64,000 bases of DNA from Gemmatimonadaceae bacterium. Its GTDB lineage: Bacteria > Gemmatimonadota > Gemmatimonadetes > Gemmatimonadales > Gemmatimonadaceae. The stretch covers positions 11,511 to 75,510 of the forward strand of contig DASZUN010000070.1 of the NCBI GenBank assembly GCA_035547615.1, written 5' to 3'. Position numbers and translations under genes: made by a program. The notes under the pieces were generated by a model. That model was not told where the DNA came from and did not search any database. It worked only from the letters and a program-made list of their open reading frames with translations. Below, one piece after another: positions 36,941-47,899 of this stretch. Every line of letters starts with the position of its first letter. The stretch's first letter is position 1.

Positions 36941-37801
36941 ATGCGCGTCGGACGGATTCCGTACATCAACTGCTACCCGGTCTACGGCGCGATCGATCGC
37001 CAGATCGTGCCGCTCGCCGCCGAGCTCGTGGACGGGGTGCCCACGGCGCTCAACCGCGAGATGGCCGCCGGCACCCTCGACGTGAGCGTGATCTCGGCGG
37101 TGGAATATGCACGGGATGCTACGAAATACCTCTTGCTGCCCGATCTCTCGATCTGCAGCGACGGACCCGTGCGGAGCGTCGTGCTGTTCTCGAAGCGCCC
37201 CGCCTCGGAGCTCCACGGCCGCCGCGTGCTCGTGAGCCGCAGCTCGATGACGAGCGTCGCGCTCCTCGAGCTGCTGTTCGAGAACGTCTGGGACGCCAAG
37301 CCGGCGTTCGTGCCGGCCAACGCCGAGCTGGTCGACATCGCGACGTTCGGCGAAGAAGAGCACGAGGCGCGGCTCGTGATCGGCGATGCGGCGCTGCACC
37401 TGTGGTCACGTCTGCGCTCGCCCGAGCTGTACCCCGACTCGGAACGTCCGAGCACGTACCGCTATGCCTACGATCTGGGTGGCGAATGGAAGTCGTGGAC
37501 GGGGCTGCCGTTCGTGTTCGCGGTGTGGGTCGCGCAGCGCACCTCGCCCGTGGATCAGGCGCTCGCGGTGCACGCGAACCTGATCGCGTCGCGCAACTGG
37601 GGGCTCGAGCACCTCGACGCGCTCGCCGCGCAGGCGGCACTCGCCACGGGCGTGAACAAGGCCGTGTGCCTGGAGTACCTCTCCGGGCTCGACTACGGCC
37701 TCTCCTATCAACATCTGGCGGGTCTCACGGAGTTCTTCCGTCGCCTCGTGGCGGCGGGTAAGGTTCCGAACGGATCCCTGGCATTTCTTCCGGCGGCGTG
37801 A
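36941..37801 (+). CDS. mqnA: Chorismate dehydratase (MqnA; VitK2_biosynth family)
   Basis: The N-terminus RVGRIPYINCYPVY is of the MqnA type. AGGAG lies 6 nt upstream. The gene is flanked by the two mqn radical SAM genes. Confidence 0.75.
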   Translation: MRVGRIPYINCYPVYGAIDRQIVPLAAELVDGVPTALNREMAAGTLDVSVISAVEYARDATKYLLLPDLSICSDGPVRSVVLFSKRPASELHGRRVLVSRSSMTSVALLELLFENVWDAKPAFVPANAELVDIATFGEEEHEARLVIGDAALHLWSRLRSPELYPDSERPSTYRYAYDLGGEWKSWTGLPFVFAVWVAQRTSPVDQALAVHANLIASRNWGLEHLDALAAQAALATGVNKAVCLEYLSGLDYGLSYQHLAGLTEFFRRLVAAGKVPNGSLAFLPAA

Positions 37802-38841
37802 TGAACGACATCCTCGACTTCTACACGAACGCGTCGCTCCTCGAGCTCGGCGCCGAAGCGGACCGCGTGCGCCGCGAGAAGCATCCGCACAACACGGTCA
37901 CGTACATCGTCGACCGGAACATCAATTACACGAACGTCTGCGTGGCCGACTGCGGCTTCTGCGCGTTCTACCGCCGCCCCAAGCACGGCGAGGGGTGGAC
38001 CCTGTCGTACGAGCAGATCGGCGCCAAGATCGATGAAGCGAAGGAGATGGGCGCGATCCAGATCCTGATGCAGGGCGGGCACAACCCCTACATCCCGTTC
38101 GAGTGGTATCTCGATCTGCTCAAGTACATCAAGACGTACCACCCGATCCACATCCACGGCTTCAGCCCGAGCGAGGTCGACTTCTTCGCGAAGACGTTCC
38201 GCATGGATGCGCGCGACATCATTCGCGAGTTGATGAAGGCGGGCCTCGACTCGATCCCGGGCGGCGGCGGCGAGATTCTCGTGCAGCGCGTGCGCGATCA
38301 GGTCGCGAAGAAGAAGGCGGGCGCCGATCGCTGGCTCGAGATCATGGAGATGGCGCACGAGGCCGGGATGAAGACCTCCGTGACCATGATGTACGGCATC
38401 GGCGAGACGCTCGCGGAGCGCATCGAGCATCTGCAGCGCGTGCGCGACGTGCAGTCACGGACCAACGGCTTCACGGCCTTCATCTGCTGGCCGCTCCAGC
38501 CGGAGAACACGCCGCAGATGTCGCACATGCGGAAGACGGACGCGATCGAGTACCTGCGCACGGTCGCCATCGCGCGCATCGTGCTCGACAACGTGCCGAA
38601 TCTTCAGGCGAGCTGGGTGACGATGGGCATGAAGGTCGGACAGACCGCGCTGCGGTTCGGCTGCAACGACTTCGGCTCGCTCATGATCGAGGAGAACGTG
38701 GTCTCGGCGGCGAACACCACGTATCGCACCACGACCGCCGAGATCGAGCGCCTGATCACGGACGCGGGCTTCAAGGTCGCGCGCCGCCGGCAGGACTATT
38801 CGATCCTGTCGCCGGAGCCCGCGGCGACGGTCGCGGCGTGA
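37798..38841 (+). CDS. mqnC: Futalosine-pathway radical SAM enzyme (MqnC/MqnE family); tentatively cyclic dehypoxanthinyl futalosine synthase
   Basis: Contains NINYTNVCVADCGFCAFYR (CX3CX2C) and GCNDFGSLMIEENVVSAA. An ATG at 37801 is an alternative start. Confidence 0.7.
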   Translation: MMNDILDFYTNASLLELGAEADRVRREKHPHNTVTYIVDRNINYTNVCVADCGFCAFYRRPKHGEGWTLSYEQIGAKIDEAKEMGAIQILMQGGHNPYIPFEWYLDLLKYIKTYHPIHIHGFSPSEVDFFAKTFRMDARDIIRELMKAGLDSIPGGGGEILVQRVRDQVAKKKAGADRWLEIMEMAHEAGMKTSVTMMYGIGETLAERIEHLQRVRDVQSRTNGFTAFICWPLQPENTPQMSHMRKTDAIEYLRTVAIARIVLDNVPNLQASWVTMGMKVGQTALRFGCNDFGSLMIEENVVSAANTTYRTTTAEIERLITDAGFKVARRRQDYSILSPEPAATVAA

Positions 38842-39353
38842 GCGACGGCGAGTCCGTCCACGCTCCGCAGTCCGTACCCCGAGTCGGCATCGGCTACGAC
38901 TCGCACCGCTTCGAGCCGCCCGGGCCGTTGATCCTGGGCGGCGTTCCCATTCCGAGCGACGTCCACCTCGCTGGTCACTCCGACGGCGATGCCGTCGCGC
39001 ACGCGATCACCGATGCCATCCTCGGCGCGGCGAACGCCGGCGACATCGGCGAGATGTTCTCGGACAAGGACCCGGCGAACAAAGGCAAGGATTCCCTGGA
39101 GATGCTGCACGCCGCGGTCGAGCGCGTGCGCGGCGCGGGCTACGTCGTGTCGAACGTCGACGTGACGATCATCGCCGAGAAGCCGCGCGTGTCCTCGCAT
39201 CGCGAGCTCATGAAAGCCCGTCTCTCCGGCGCGATGGGCATTGGCCCGGATCAGATCAGCATCAAGGGCAAGACCAACGAAGGCATGGGATGGATCGGCC
39301 GCGCCGAGGGCATCGCGTGCATCGCCGTCGCCATGCTCGCCCGCGCCGAGTGA
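38838..39353 (+). CDS. ispF: 2-C-methyl-D-erythritol 2,4-cyclodiphosphate synthase
   Basis: GTGA overlap with the upstream gene. Contains GYDSHRF and GHSDGDAVAHA. Confidence 0.92.
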   Translation: MSDGESVHAPQSVPRVGIGYDSHRFEPPGPLILGGVPIPSDVHLAGHSDGDAVAHAITDAILGAANAGDIGEMFSDKDPANKGKDSLEMLHAAVERVRGAGYVVSNVDVTIIAEKPRVSSHRELMKARLSGAMGIGPDQISIKGKTNEGMGWIGRAEGIACIAVAMLARAE

Positions 39354-39357
39354 TGCC

Positions 39358-40266
39358 GTGGTGGACGAAGACGCGGCTCTCCGGTTTCAGCTCGAGCGCT
39401 TCGGCGACTTTCTGACGCTGGAGCAGGGCACCTCGCCGCGGACGCTCGAGGCGTACCGGCGCGACGTGGAACGCCTCGTGGAATACGCGGTCGCCAAGGG
39501 CGCGTCGACTCCGGCCGACTACTCGAGCCGGATGCTCCGCGAGTTCGTATACCACTTGAAGGATCTCGGGCTATCGCCCGCGTCCATCCGGCGGAACATC
39601 TCCGCGGTGCGAACCTACTTCCGGTTCCTCCTCGCGGACGGCGTGCTCACACGCGATCCGAGCGAGCGGCTCGACACGCCCAAGCGCTGGCGCACGCTGC
39701 CCGACGTCCTCACGGTCGACGAGGCGCTGAAGCTGCTCGCCGCGCCCACGCTCGACGATCCGCTCGCGTTCCGCGACCGCGCGATGCTCGAGCTGGCCTA
39801 TGGCGCGGGGCTTCGGGTCTCGGAGTGGATCACGCTCGGCGTGCGCGACGTGCTGCTCGAGGACAAGCTCGTCCGCGTGTTCGGCAAGGGGAGCAAGGAG
39901 CGGCTGGTGCCCATCGGCCGGTCGGCGATCGGCGCGGTTGCCACGTACCTGCGCGAGCTACGGCCGAAGCTCGAGAACGGGGCGGGGCAGGGCGTGCTGC
40001 TGCTCAACGCGCGCGGAGAGCCGCTCACGCGCATGGGCGCGTGGAAGATCCTGCAGAAATACGTGGAGCGCGCCGGGATCGCGAAGCACGTCTCGCCGCA
40101 CACCCTCCGTCACTCGTTCGCCACGCACCTCCTCGAGGGGGGCGCCGACCTGCGGGCGGTGCAGGAAATGCTCGGCCACGCGGACATCTCGACCACGCAG
40201 ATCTACACGCACGTGGACCGGGAGTACCTGAGACAGGTGCACAAGCAGTATCATCCTAGAGGGTAG
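39358..40266 (+). CDS. xerD: Tyrosine recombinase XerD
   Basis: Contains [39 protein letters not shown]. The XerD-like C-terminus is [15 protein letters not shown] start at 39358 or 39361. Confidence 0.88.
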   Translation: MVDEDAALRFQLERFGDFLTLEQGTSPRTLEAYRRDVERLVEYAVAKGASTPADYSSRMLREFVYHLKDLGLSPASIRRNISAVRTYFRFLLADGVLTRDPSERLDTPKRWRTLPDVLTVDEALKLLAAPTLDDPLAFRDRAMLELAYGAGLRVSEWITLGVRDVLLEDKLVRVFGKGSKERLVPIGRSAIGAVATYLRELRPKLENGAGQGVLLLNARGEPLTRMGAWKILQKYVERAGIAKHVSPHTLRHSFATHLLEGGADLRAVQEMLGHADISTTQIYTHVDREYLRQVHKQYHPRG

Positions 40267-40389
40267 TCCGTAGTCTCTGCTCTCTGGTCTGTGGTCGGTG
40301 TTCGGTGGTCGGTGGTCGATAGCTGTTCGACCATGATCCCTGGCGACGATCCATGGACCCTACGGACTACGGACCACGGACCACAGACG
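40263..40389. repeat. Inverted arrays of 7-nt tandem repeats. Eight forward units at 40263-40318 (consensus GTGGTCG) and five reverse units at 40355-40389 (ACGGACC type), separated by a 36-nt spacer
   Basis: Forward units as read: gtagtcc gtagtct ctgctct ctggtct gtggtcg gtgttcg gtggtcg gtggtcg. Reverse units as read: ggaccct acggact acggacc acggacc acagacg. The 3' forward part and the reverse array can pair over about 30 bp, with one mismatch per heptad. Confidence 0.8.
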
Positions 40390-40398
40390 ATCTCCCGC

Positions 40399-40974
40399 AT
40401 GCTCCTCGTCATCGACAACTACGATTCGTTCACGTACAACCTCGTGCAGTACCTCGGGGAGCTCGGGGCGGAGGTCGACGTGCGCCGGAACGACGCCGTG
40501 ACCGTCGACCAGATCGGCGAGCTGGCGCCGACTGCGATCGTGCTGTCGCCCGGGCCGTGCACGCCGAAGGAAGCGGGCGTGAGCGTCGAGACGATACGGC
40601 GGTGGGGGAGCTCGATTCCGATCCTCGGCGTCTGCCTCGGGCACCAGGCGATCGGCGAGGCTTACGGCGGCGAGGTGGTGCGCGCGGACCGCGTGATGCA
40701 CGGGAAGACGTCGCTGATCGCGCACGACGGCTCGGGGATCTTCGCCGGGCTGCCGTCCCCGATGGAAGTCATGCGCTACCACTCGCTCATCGTGGACCGC
40801 GCGTCGCTGCCCGAGTCGCTCGAGATCGTCGCCGTCGCGCAGGACGATCCGACCGAGGTGCACGCGGTGAAGCACCGCGAGCACCCGGTGTACGGGGTGC
40901 AATTCCATCCAGAGTCTGTAATGACGCCCCAGGGCAAGGCGCTCCTTCGGAATTTCCTGGAGCTCGCGCGGTGA
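40399..40974 (+). CDS. Glutamine amidotransferase component II of anthranilate / aminodeoxychorismate synthase
   Basis: Starts [19 protein letters not shown]. Contains [10 protein letters not shown] and VQFHPES. No trpE or pabB partner is adjacent. The upstream in-frame stretch (from GTG 40291) covers the repeat element and is unlikely to be coding. Confidence 0.88.
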   Translation: MLLVIDNYDSFTYNLVQYLGELGAEVDVRRNDAVTVDQIGELAPTAIVLSPGPCTPKEAGVSVETIRRWGSSIPILGVCLGHQAIGEAYGGEVVRADRVMHGKTSLIAHDGSGIFAGLPSPMEVMRYHSLIVDRASLPESLEIVAVAQDDPTEVHAVKHREHPVYGVQFHPESVMTPQGKALLRNFLELAR

Positions 40975-42488
40975 TCCGCGCGCTGGTCGTTGGGGCCCTG
41001 CTCCTGGCGGGCGGGGCGGCTGGTGCGCGCGCGCAGGTGCCGGTGCACGTCATCGATCCGGGGCCGCCGCTGGCCAGTCGGGTGATCGCGGCCGCCCTCA
41101 GCGGGCCGCACGAGGTCGTCGCGCCTGATTCGTCGCCGGCGATGATCGCGCGCGGCAGCGAACACGGACGCTCCGTGGTCGTGATCGGGCGCGACGTCGC
41201 CGTCGACGGCCACGTGGCGGGAGACCTCACCGCGATTGGCGGCGACGTCTTCATGCACCCCGGCGGCCGCGTCGATGGCCGCGTCGTCGCGATCGGCGGC
41301 GGCGTCTACGAGTCCACGCTCGCCCGGATCGGCGGCGCGAGCGAATCGTTTCGAGATTTCACATTCGACGCCGCGCCGGCTCCGGATGGCGGCGTCGATC
41401 TCCGGTATCGCGCCGTACGTGTGGGCGCGATGCCCGCCGAGAACCTCGTCGGCGTCGGATTCGCCACGCCGACGTACGAGCGCGCGGACGGCCTCTCGCT
41501 CGGCGTGGGTCCCGACCTCGATCTCGCGCGCTGGTCGAGCACGGCGGCGGCGCGCGCGACGTATCGCTCCCAGCTCGGGGCGTGGGACCCGTCGCTGAGT
41601 TCGACGACGATGCTCGGCCCTGGTACGGCGCTGCACGTCGACGTCCGACGCGGCACGTTCAGCAATGACGCCTGGATCTGGCCCGACCTCGCGAATTCGA
41701 TCGAGAGCGTGCTGCTCGGTGACGACGCGCGCAACTACTATCGCGGCACCCGCCAGCGGATCTCGCTCGACTGGACCGTCGACCGAGCGACCAGCGTCCT
41801 CCGGCCGTACGTCGCGCTGACGCACGAGCACACCGGCAGCGTGCGCCCGTCGTACGGCGCCGCCAGCGGCCCGTGGTCGTTGAGCGGACGCCACGACCCG
41901 AACGACATGCTGCGGCCGAACTTCCAGGTGCCGGCGGCTCACGTCTACTCGGCCCACGCCGGTCTCCAGCTCGACTGGTCCGCGCAGGGCGTCGTGTCGC
42001 ACGCGTCGCTCGACGAGGAAGCGGGACGCTCGTCGGCGGATTGCGCGAGCTGCGGTGCGATCACCCGTCGCTTCGCGCAGACCACGGTCGACGGCTACAT
42101 CGCGTTTCCCGCGTTCCTGACGCACACCGTGCGGTTCGACGTGCACGGGGTGGCGACGAGCCGCGGAGGCACGCCGGCGCAGCGCCTGGTGTTCCTCGGC
42201 GGACCCGGGACGCTGCCCACCGAGCCGATGCTCGGCCGCGGCGGCAACGAGCTCCTGTTCGTGGATGCCCGATACGAAATCCCGATTCCACAGGTGACCG
42301 TGCCGCTGCTCGGCACGCCGAGCGTGGCACTGAAGAGCGTGCTGGGCGGCGTGGCGCTCGATCGATTTCCGTCGCTGACACAGCTCGCGGGCGTTCGGCT
42401 CACGGCGGGGTACGTGTACGCCGAAGTCCTCATGGAACCATCGACGCGGCACGCCCACGGATCGGTGGGGCTGACGTTCGGACGCTGA
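40971..42488 (+). CDS. Hypothetical secreted protein: signal peptide, short beta-helix-like G-x-V repeat segment, and a C-terminal beta-rich region with an Omp85/surface-antigen-like end
   Basis: GTGA overlap with the amidotransferase stop. Signal peptide [22 protein letters not shown]. Repeat segment [44 protein letters not shown]. The C-terminal FLGGPGTLP...[13 protein letters not shown] resembles Omp85 motifs. Confidence 0.5.
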   Translation: MIRALVVGALLLAGGAAGARAQVPVHVIDPGPPLASRVIAAALSGPHEVVAPDSSPAMIARGSEHGRSVVVIGRDVAVDGHVAGDLTAIGGDVFMHPGGRVDGRVVAIGGGVYESTLARIGGASESFRDFTFDAAPAPDGGVDLRYRAVRVGAMPAENLVGVGFATPTYERADGLSLGVGPDLDLARWSSTAAARATYRSQLGAWDPSLSSTTMLGPGTALHVDVRRGTFSNDAWIWPDLANSIESVLLGDDARNYYRGTRQRISLDWTVDRATSVLRPYVALTHEHTGSVRPSYGAASGPWSLSGRHDPNDMLRPNFQVPAAHVYSAHAGLQLDWSAQGVVSHASLDEEAGRSSADCASCGAITRRFAQTTVDGYIAFPAFLTHTVRFDVHGVATSRGGTPAQRLVFLGGPGTLPTEPMLGRGGNELLFVDARYEIPIPQVTVPLLGTPSVALKSVLGGVALDRFPSLTQLAGVRLTAGYVYAEVLMEPSTRHAHGSVGLTFGR

Positions 42489-42585
42489 GGTCGACGCGTT
42501 TGCGCCGCCCTCCCGGAGCGGCTACATTGCAGGACGTGATTGTTGCTGCCGTGGGCGCCCCCCGAACCCCTCCCGAGCGCCGCGC

Positions 42586-45008
<2,423 letters not shown>

Positions 45009-45010
45009 CC

Positions 45011-45829
45011 GTGCCGCCGCACTTCCATCGCGACAAGCTGTTTCTCATCGCCGGCCCCTGTGTGCTCGAGAGCGACGCGCTCAATCTGCGCGTCGGCGAG
45101 CACCTCGCACGTCTCGCGGAATCGGTGCCCGGCGGCATCGTGTACAAGGCGAGCTTCGACAAGGCGAACCGCTCGAACGTCGGGGCGCACCGCGGCCCGG
45201 GACTCGACGAAGGCCTCGCCGCGCTGGCACGCGTGCGCGCCGCGACCGGTCTGCCGATTCTCACCGACGTCCATCTGCCCGAGCAGTGCGCACCGGCGGC
45301 GGAGACGGCCGACGTGCTCCAGATCCCGGCCTTTCTCTGCCGCCAGACCGATCTGCTCGAAGCCGCCGGCCGGACGCGCGCGTCGGTGAACGTGAAGAAG
45401 GGGCAGTGGATGCACCCCGAGGGAATGCGCGGGGCCGTGCAGAAGGTCCGCGCGTCACGTGCCGCGAAGGCCGCGGGCGACGACGTCGCGGTGACCGAGC
45501 GCGGAACGTTCTTCGGCTACGGCGATCTCGTCGTCGACATGCGCGACTTCGTGCGGATGCGCGATGCGTGCGACGCGCCCGTGATCTTCGACGCGACCCA
45601 CAGCGTGCAGCGCCCCGGCCAGGGCGCGGGGGGCGCCAGCGGCGGCGCGCGGGAGTTCATTCCGCCGCTCGCGCTCGGGGCCGTGGCGGCGGGCGCGAAC
45701 GGATTGTTCATGGAGACGCATCCCGATCCGGACAACGCGCCGAGCGACGGCCCGAACATGATCCCGCTCGACAAGCTCGACGATCTCGTGAAGCGCGCGG
45801 TCGACCTCTGGGACCTGGTGTCCCGGTGA
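45011..45829 (+). CDS. kdsA: 2-dehydro-3-deoxyphosphooctonate aldolase (Kdo-8-P synthase)
   Basis: GTG start 2 nt after the pyrG stop. Contains GPCVLES, KASFDKANRS, QIPAFLCRQTDLL and DATHSVQ. Confidence 0.92.
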   Translation: MPPHFHRDKLFLIAGPCVLESDALNLRVGEHLARLAESVPGGIVYKASFDKANRSNVGAHRGPGLDEGLAALARVRAATGLPILTDVHLPEQCAPAAETADVLQIPAFLCRQTDLLEAAGRTRASVNVKKGQWMHPEGMRGAVQKVRASRAAKAAGDDVAVTERGTFFGYGDLVVDMRDFVRMRDACDAPVIFDATHSVQRPGQGAGGASGGAREFIPPLALGAVAAGANGLFMETHPDPDNAPSDGPNMIPLDKLDDLVKRAVDLWDLVSR

Positions 45830-46386
45830 TCGATCCCGCGTTTGCGCGCACCGTTCGCCTCGTCGGTTTCGACGTCGACGGCGTCCTCACCGACGGCGGC
45901 ATCTATCTGGGCGACGTCGGCGGCTCGCGCATGGAATTCAAGCGCTACGACATCCAGGACGGACTCGGGATCACGATGCTGAGGCGCGCTGGGCTGCGCG
46001 TCGCGATCGTGACCGGGCGCGTATCGGAGAGCGTGCGGCTGCGCGCCCAGGAGCTCGGCGTGGACGACCTCGCGCAGGATCCCGACGGCTACAAGATCGG
46101 CGCGTTCACGAAGATGCTGGCGAAGCACGGCATCGCGCCCTCGGAGTGCGCCTTCGTCGGCGACGATTTTCCCGACATGGCGCTGCTGCGCATCGTCGGC
46201 ATGCCGGTGGCGGTCGGCAACGCGATTCCCGAGGTGCGGCAGGTCAGCCGCATTCATCTCGAGAACGAAGGCGGCCGCGGCGCGGTGCGCGAGTTCTGTG
46301 AGAAACTGCTCAAGGCGCGCGGCGAATGGGACGCGGCCTGGCAGGGCTACGTCGCGGAGCGCTCCGACCCGACGGGAGCCCGGTGA
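45826..46386 (+). CDS. kdsC: Kdo-8-phosphate phosphatase (HAD-IIIA)
   Basis: GTGA overlap with kdsA. Contains FDVDGVLTDG and GDDFPDM. Confidence 0.85.
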   Translation: MIDPAFARTVRLVGFDVDGVLTDGGIYLGDVGGSRMEFKRYDIQDGLGITMLRRAGLRVAIVTGRVSESVRLRAQELGVDDLAQDPDGYKIGAFTKMLAKHGIAPSECAFVGDDFPDMALLRIVGMPVAVGNAIPEVRQVSRIHLENEGGRGAVREFCEKLLKARGEWDAAWQGYVAERSDPTGAR

Positions 46387-47351
46387 TGGCCGAGCGCGAG
46401 ATCATCGATCGCGGCAAGCGGGTCGTGCGCATGGAGCGCGAGGCGCTCGCGGGCATCGAGGAGCGGCTCGGCCAGGACTTCGCGCGCGCGGTGCTGCTCA
46501 TCGCGCAATCGTCGGGACGGGTCATCGTGGCGGGCGTGGGAAAGTCGGGGCTTATCGGGCGAAAGATCGCGGCAACCCTGACTTCCACCGGCACGCCGGC
46601 CACGTTCCTTCACCCCGTCGACAGCGTCCATGGGGACCTGGGGATCGTCGGGCCGCACGATGTGGCAATTCTGATTTCCAAGAGTGGCGAATCCGACGAG
46701 CTGCTGGCCTTGTTGGCGCATTTGAAGGGATTCGGTGTACGAACCATCGCCATCACGGGCCGGACCGAATCGGCGCTCGCGCGGAACTGCGACGTCGCGC
46801 TCGATGCAGTCGTCCGGGAAGAAGCCTGTCCGCACGATCTCGCGCCGACCACCAGCACCACGGCCGCGCTGGTGATCGGCGACGCGCTCGCGGTGGCGTT
46901 GCTGCAGGAGAAGGGGTTTCAGCGCGAGGACTTCGCCCGGCTGCACCCGGGAGGCGCCCTCGGGCGTCAGCTCGTCGTTCGCGTCGAAGAGATCATGCTC
47001 CAATCCGATTTGCCCATCCTCGGGGAAGGCGACACGATGCGCGAGGCGATCGTCATGATCGCCCGCCGCCGCGGCATTGCCGTCGTGGTCGACGGCGAGC
47101 GGCGTGTGGAAGGCGTCCTCACGGCCGGCGATCTGAGCCGCATGATCGAGCGCGGAGGCGACATCCTCCCGATTCCGGTTCGCACCGTCATGACCACCAC
47201 CCCGAAGATCGCCCGCGCCGGCGAGCTGGCCAGCGCCGTCGCGTATCGCATGGAGCAGCACGGCATCATGGCCATTCCCGTCGTCGACGAACGCGACCGG
47301 CTCGCCGGCGTCGTCCATCTGCACGACCTGATGCGAGCGCGGGTGATCTGA
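46386..47351 (+). CDS. kdsD: Arabinose-5-phosphate isomerase (SIS + CBS pair)
   Basis: Contains the SIS motif GVGKSGLIGRKIAATLTSTGTPA and a C-terminal CBS pair. The start shares 1 nt with the kdsC TGA. Confidence 0.9.
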   Translation: MAEREIIDRGKRVVRMEREALAGIEERLGQDFARAVLLIAQSSGRVIVAGVGKSGLIGRKIAATLTSTGTPATFLHPVDSVHGDLGIVGPHDVAILISKSGESDELLALLAHLKGFGVRTIAITGRTESALARNCDVALDAVVREEACPHDLAPTTSTTAALVIGDALAVALLQEKGFQREDFARLHPGGALGRQLVVRVEEIMLQSDLPILGEGDTMREAIVMIARRRGIAVVVDGERRVEGVLTAGDLSRMIERGGDILPIPVRTVMTTTPKIARAGELASAVAYRMEQHGIMAIPVVDERDRLAGVVHLHDLMRARVI

Positions 47352-47899
47352 TGCGCCGCCTCGTTCTGCTTGCGGCGGCATGCGTCGCCGCGACGACGGC
47401 CGCGTGCGGCAAGGGCAGCAAGACGCCCGTCGTCGCCACGCCGGGCATCGCGGACAGCGCCGATCAGGTGCTGTTCCACACGCGCACCGTGCTCGCCAAC
47501 AACGGAATTCAACGCGCCGAGCTGTTCTCGGATACGACCTTCGTGCTCGACAACCAGACGCGCTTCGACCTCCGCCGCGTGAAGCTGAACTTCACGAAGG
47601 ACAACGGCGCGCCGAACGGCACCATGGTCGCCGATCACGGGGTGTACAATCTCAACAGCCGCATCCTCGAGGGATGGGGCGACGTCGTCATCACGCTCGT
47701 CGACGGACGCACGCTCAAGTCGCCGCACGTGATCTACAACCAGCCGCTGAATCAGCTCTCGAGCGACACGACCTACTCGCTGTCGAACGGCGACCGCACG
47801 GCGACGGGCATCGGGTTCAACGCCGACCCCGGCTTCACCCACTACCAGTGCCTGCGGCAGTGTGGCGGGTCCGCCATCGTCACGATTCCCGCGCGATGA
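47351..47899 (+). CDS. lptC: LptC-like protein, apparently lipoprotein-anchored
   Basis: N-terminus MRRLVLLAAACVAATTAACGKG (signal peptide plus Cys). The beta-jellyroll-like pattern and the position between kdsD and lptA match the conserved kdsC-lptC-lptA-lptB-rpoN order. Confidence 0.55.
   Translation: MRRLVLLAAACVAATTAACGKGSKTPVVATPGIADSADQVLFHTRTVLANNGIQRAELFSDTTFVLDNQTRFDLRRVKLNFTKDNGAPNGTMVADHGVYNLNSRILEGWGDVVITLVDGRTLKSPHVIYNQPLNQLSSDTTYSLSNGDRTATGIGFNADPGFTHYQCLRQCGGSAIVTIPAR

Noticed and set aside
40291-40398. An in-frame upstream extension of the amidotransferase ([36 protein letters not shown]) containing two Trp codons. I considered it as a trp-type leader peptide.
   Set aside because: It has no stop codon of its own, so it is not a separate leader ORF. 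It is simply the translation of the heptamer-repeat element. The conserved amidotransferase N-terminus starts at ATG 40399.
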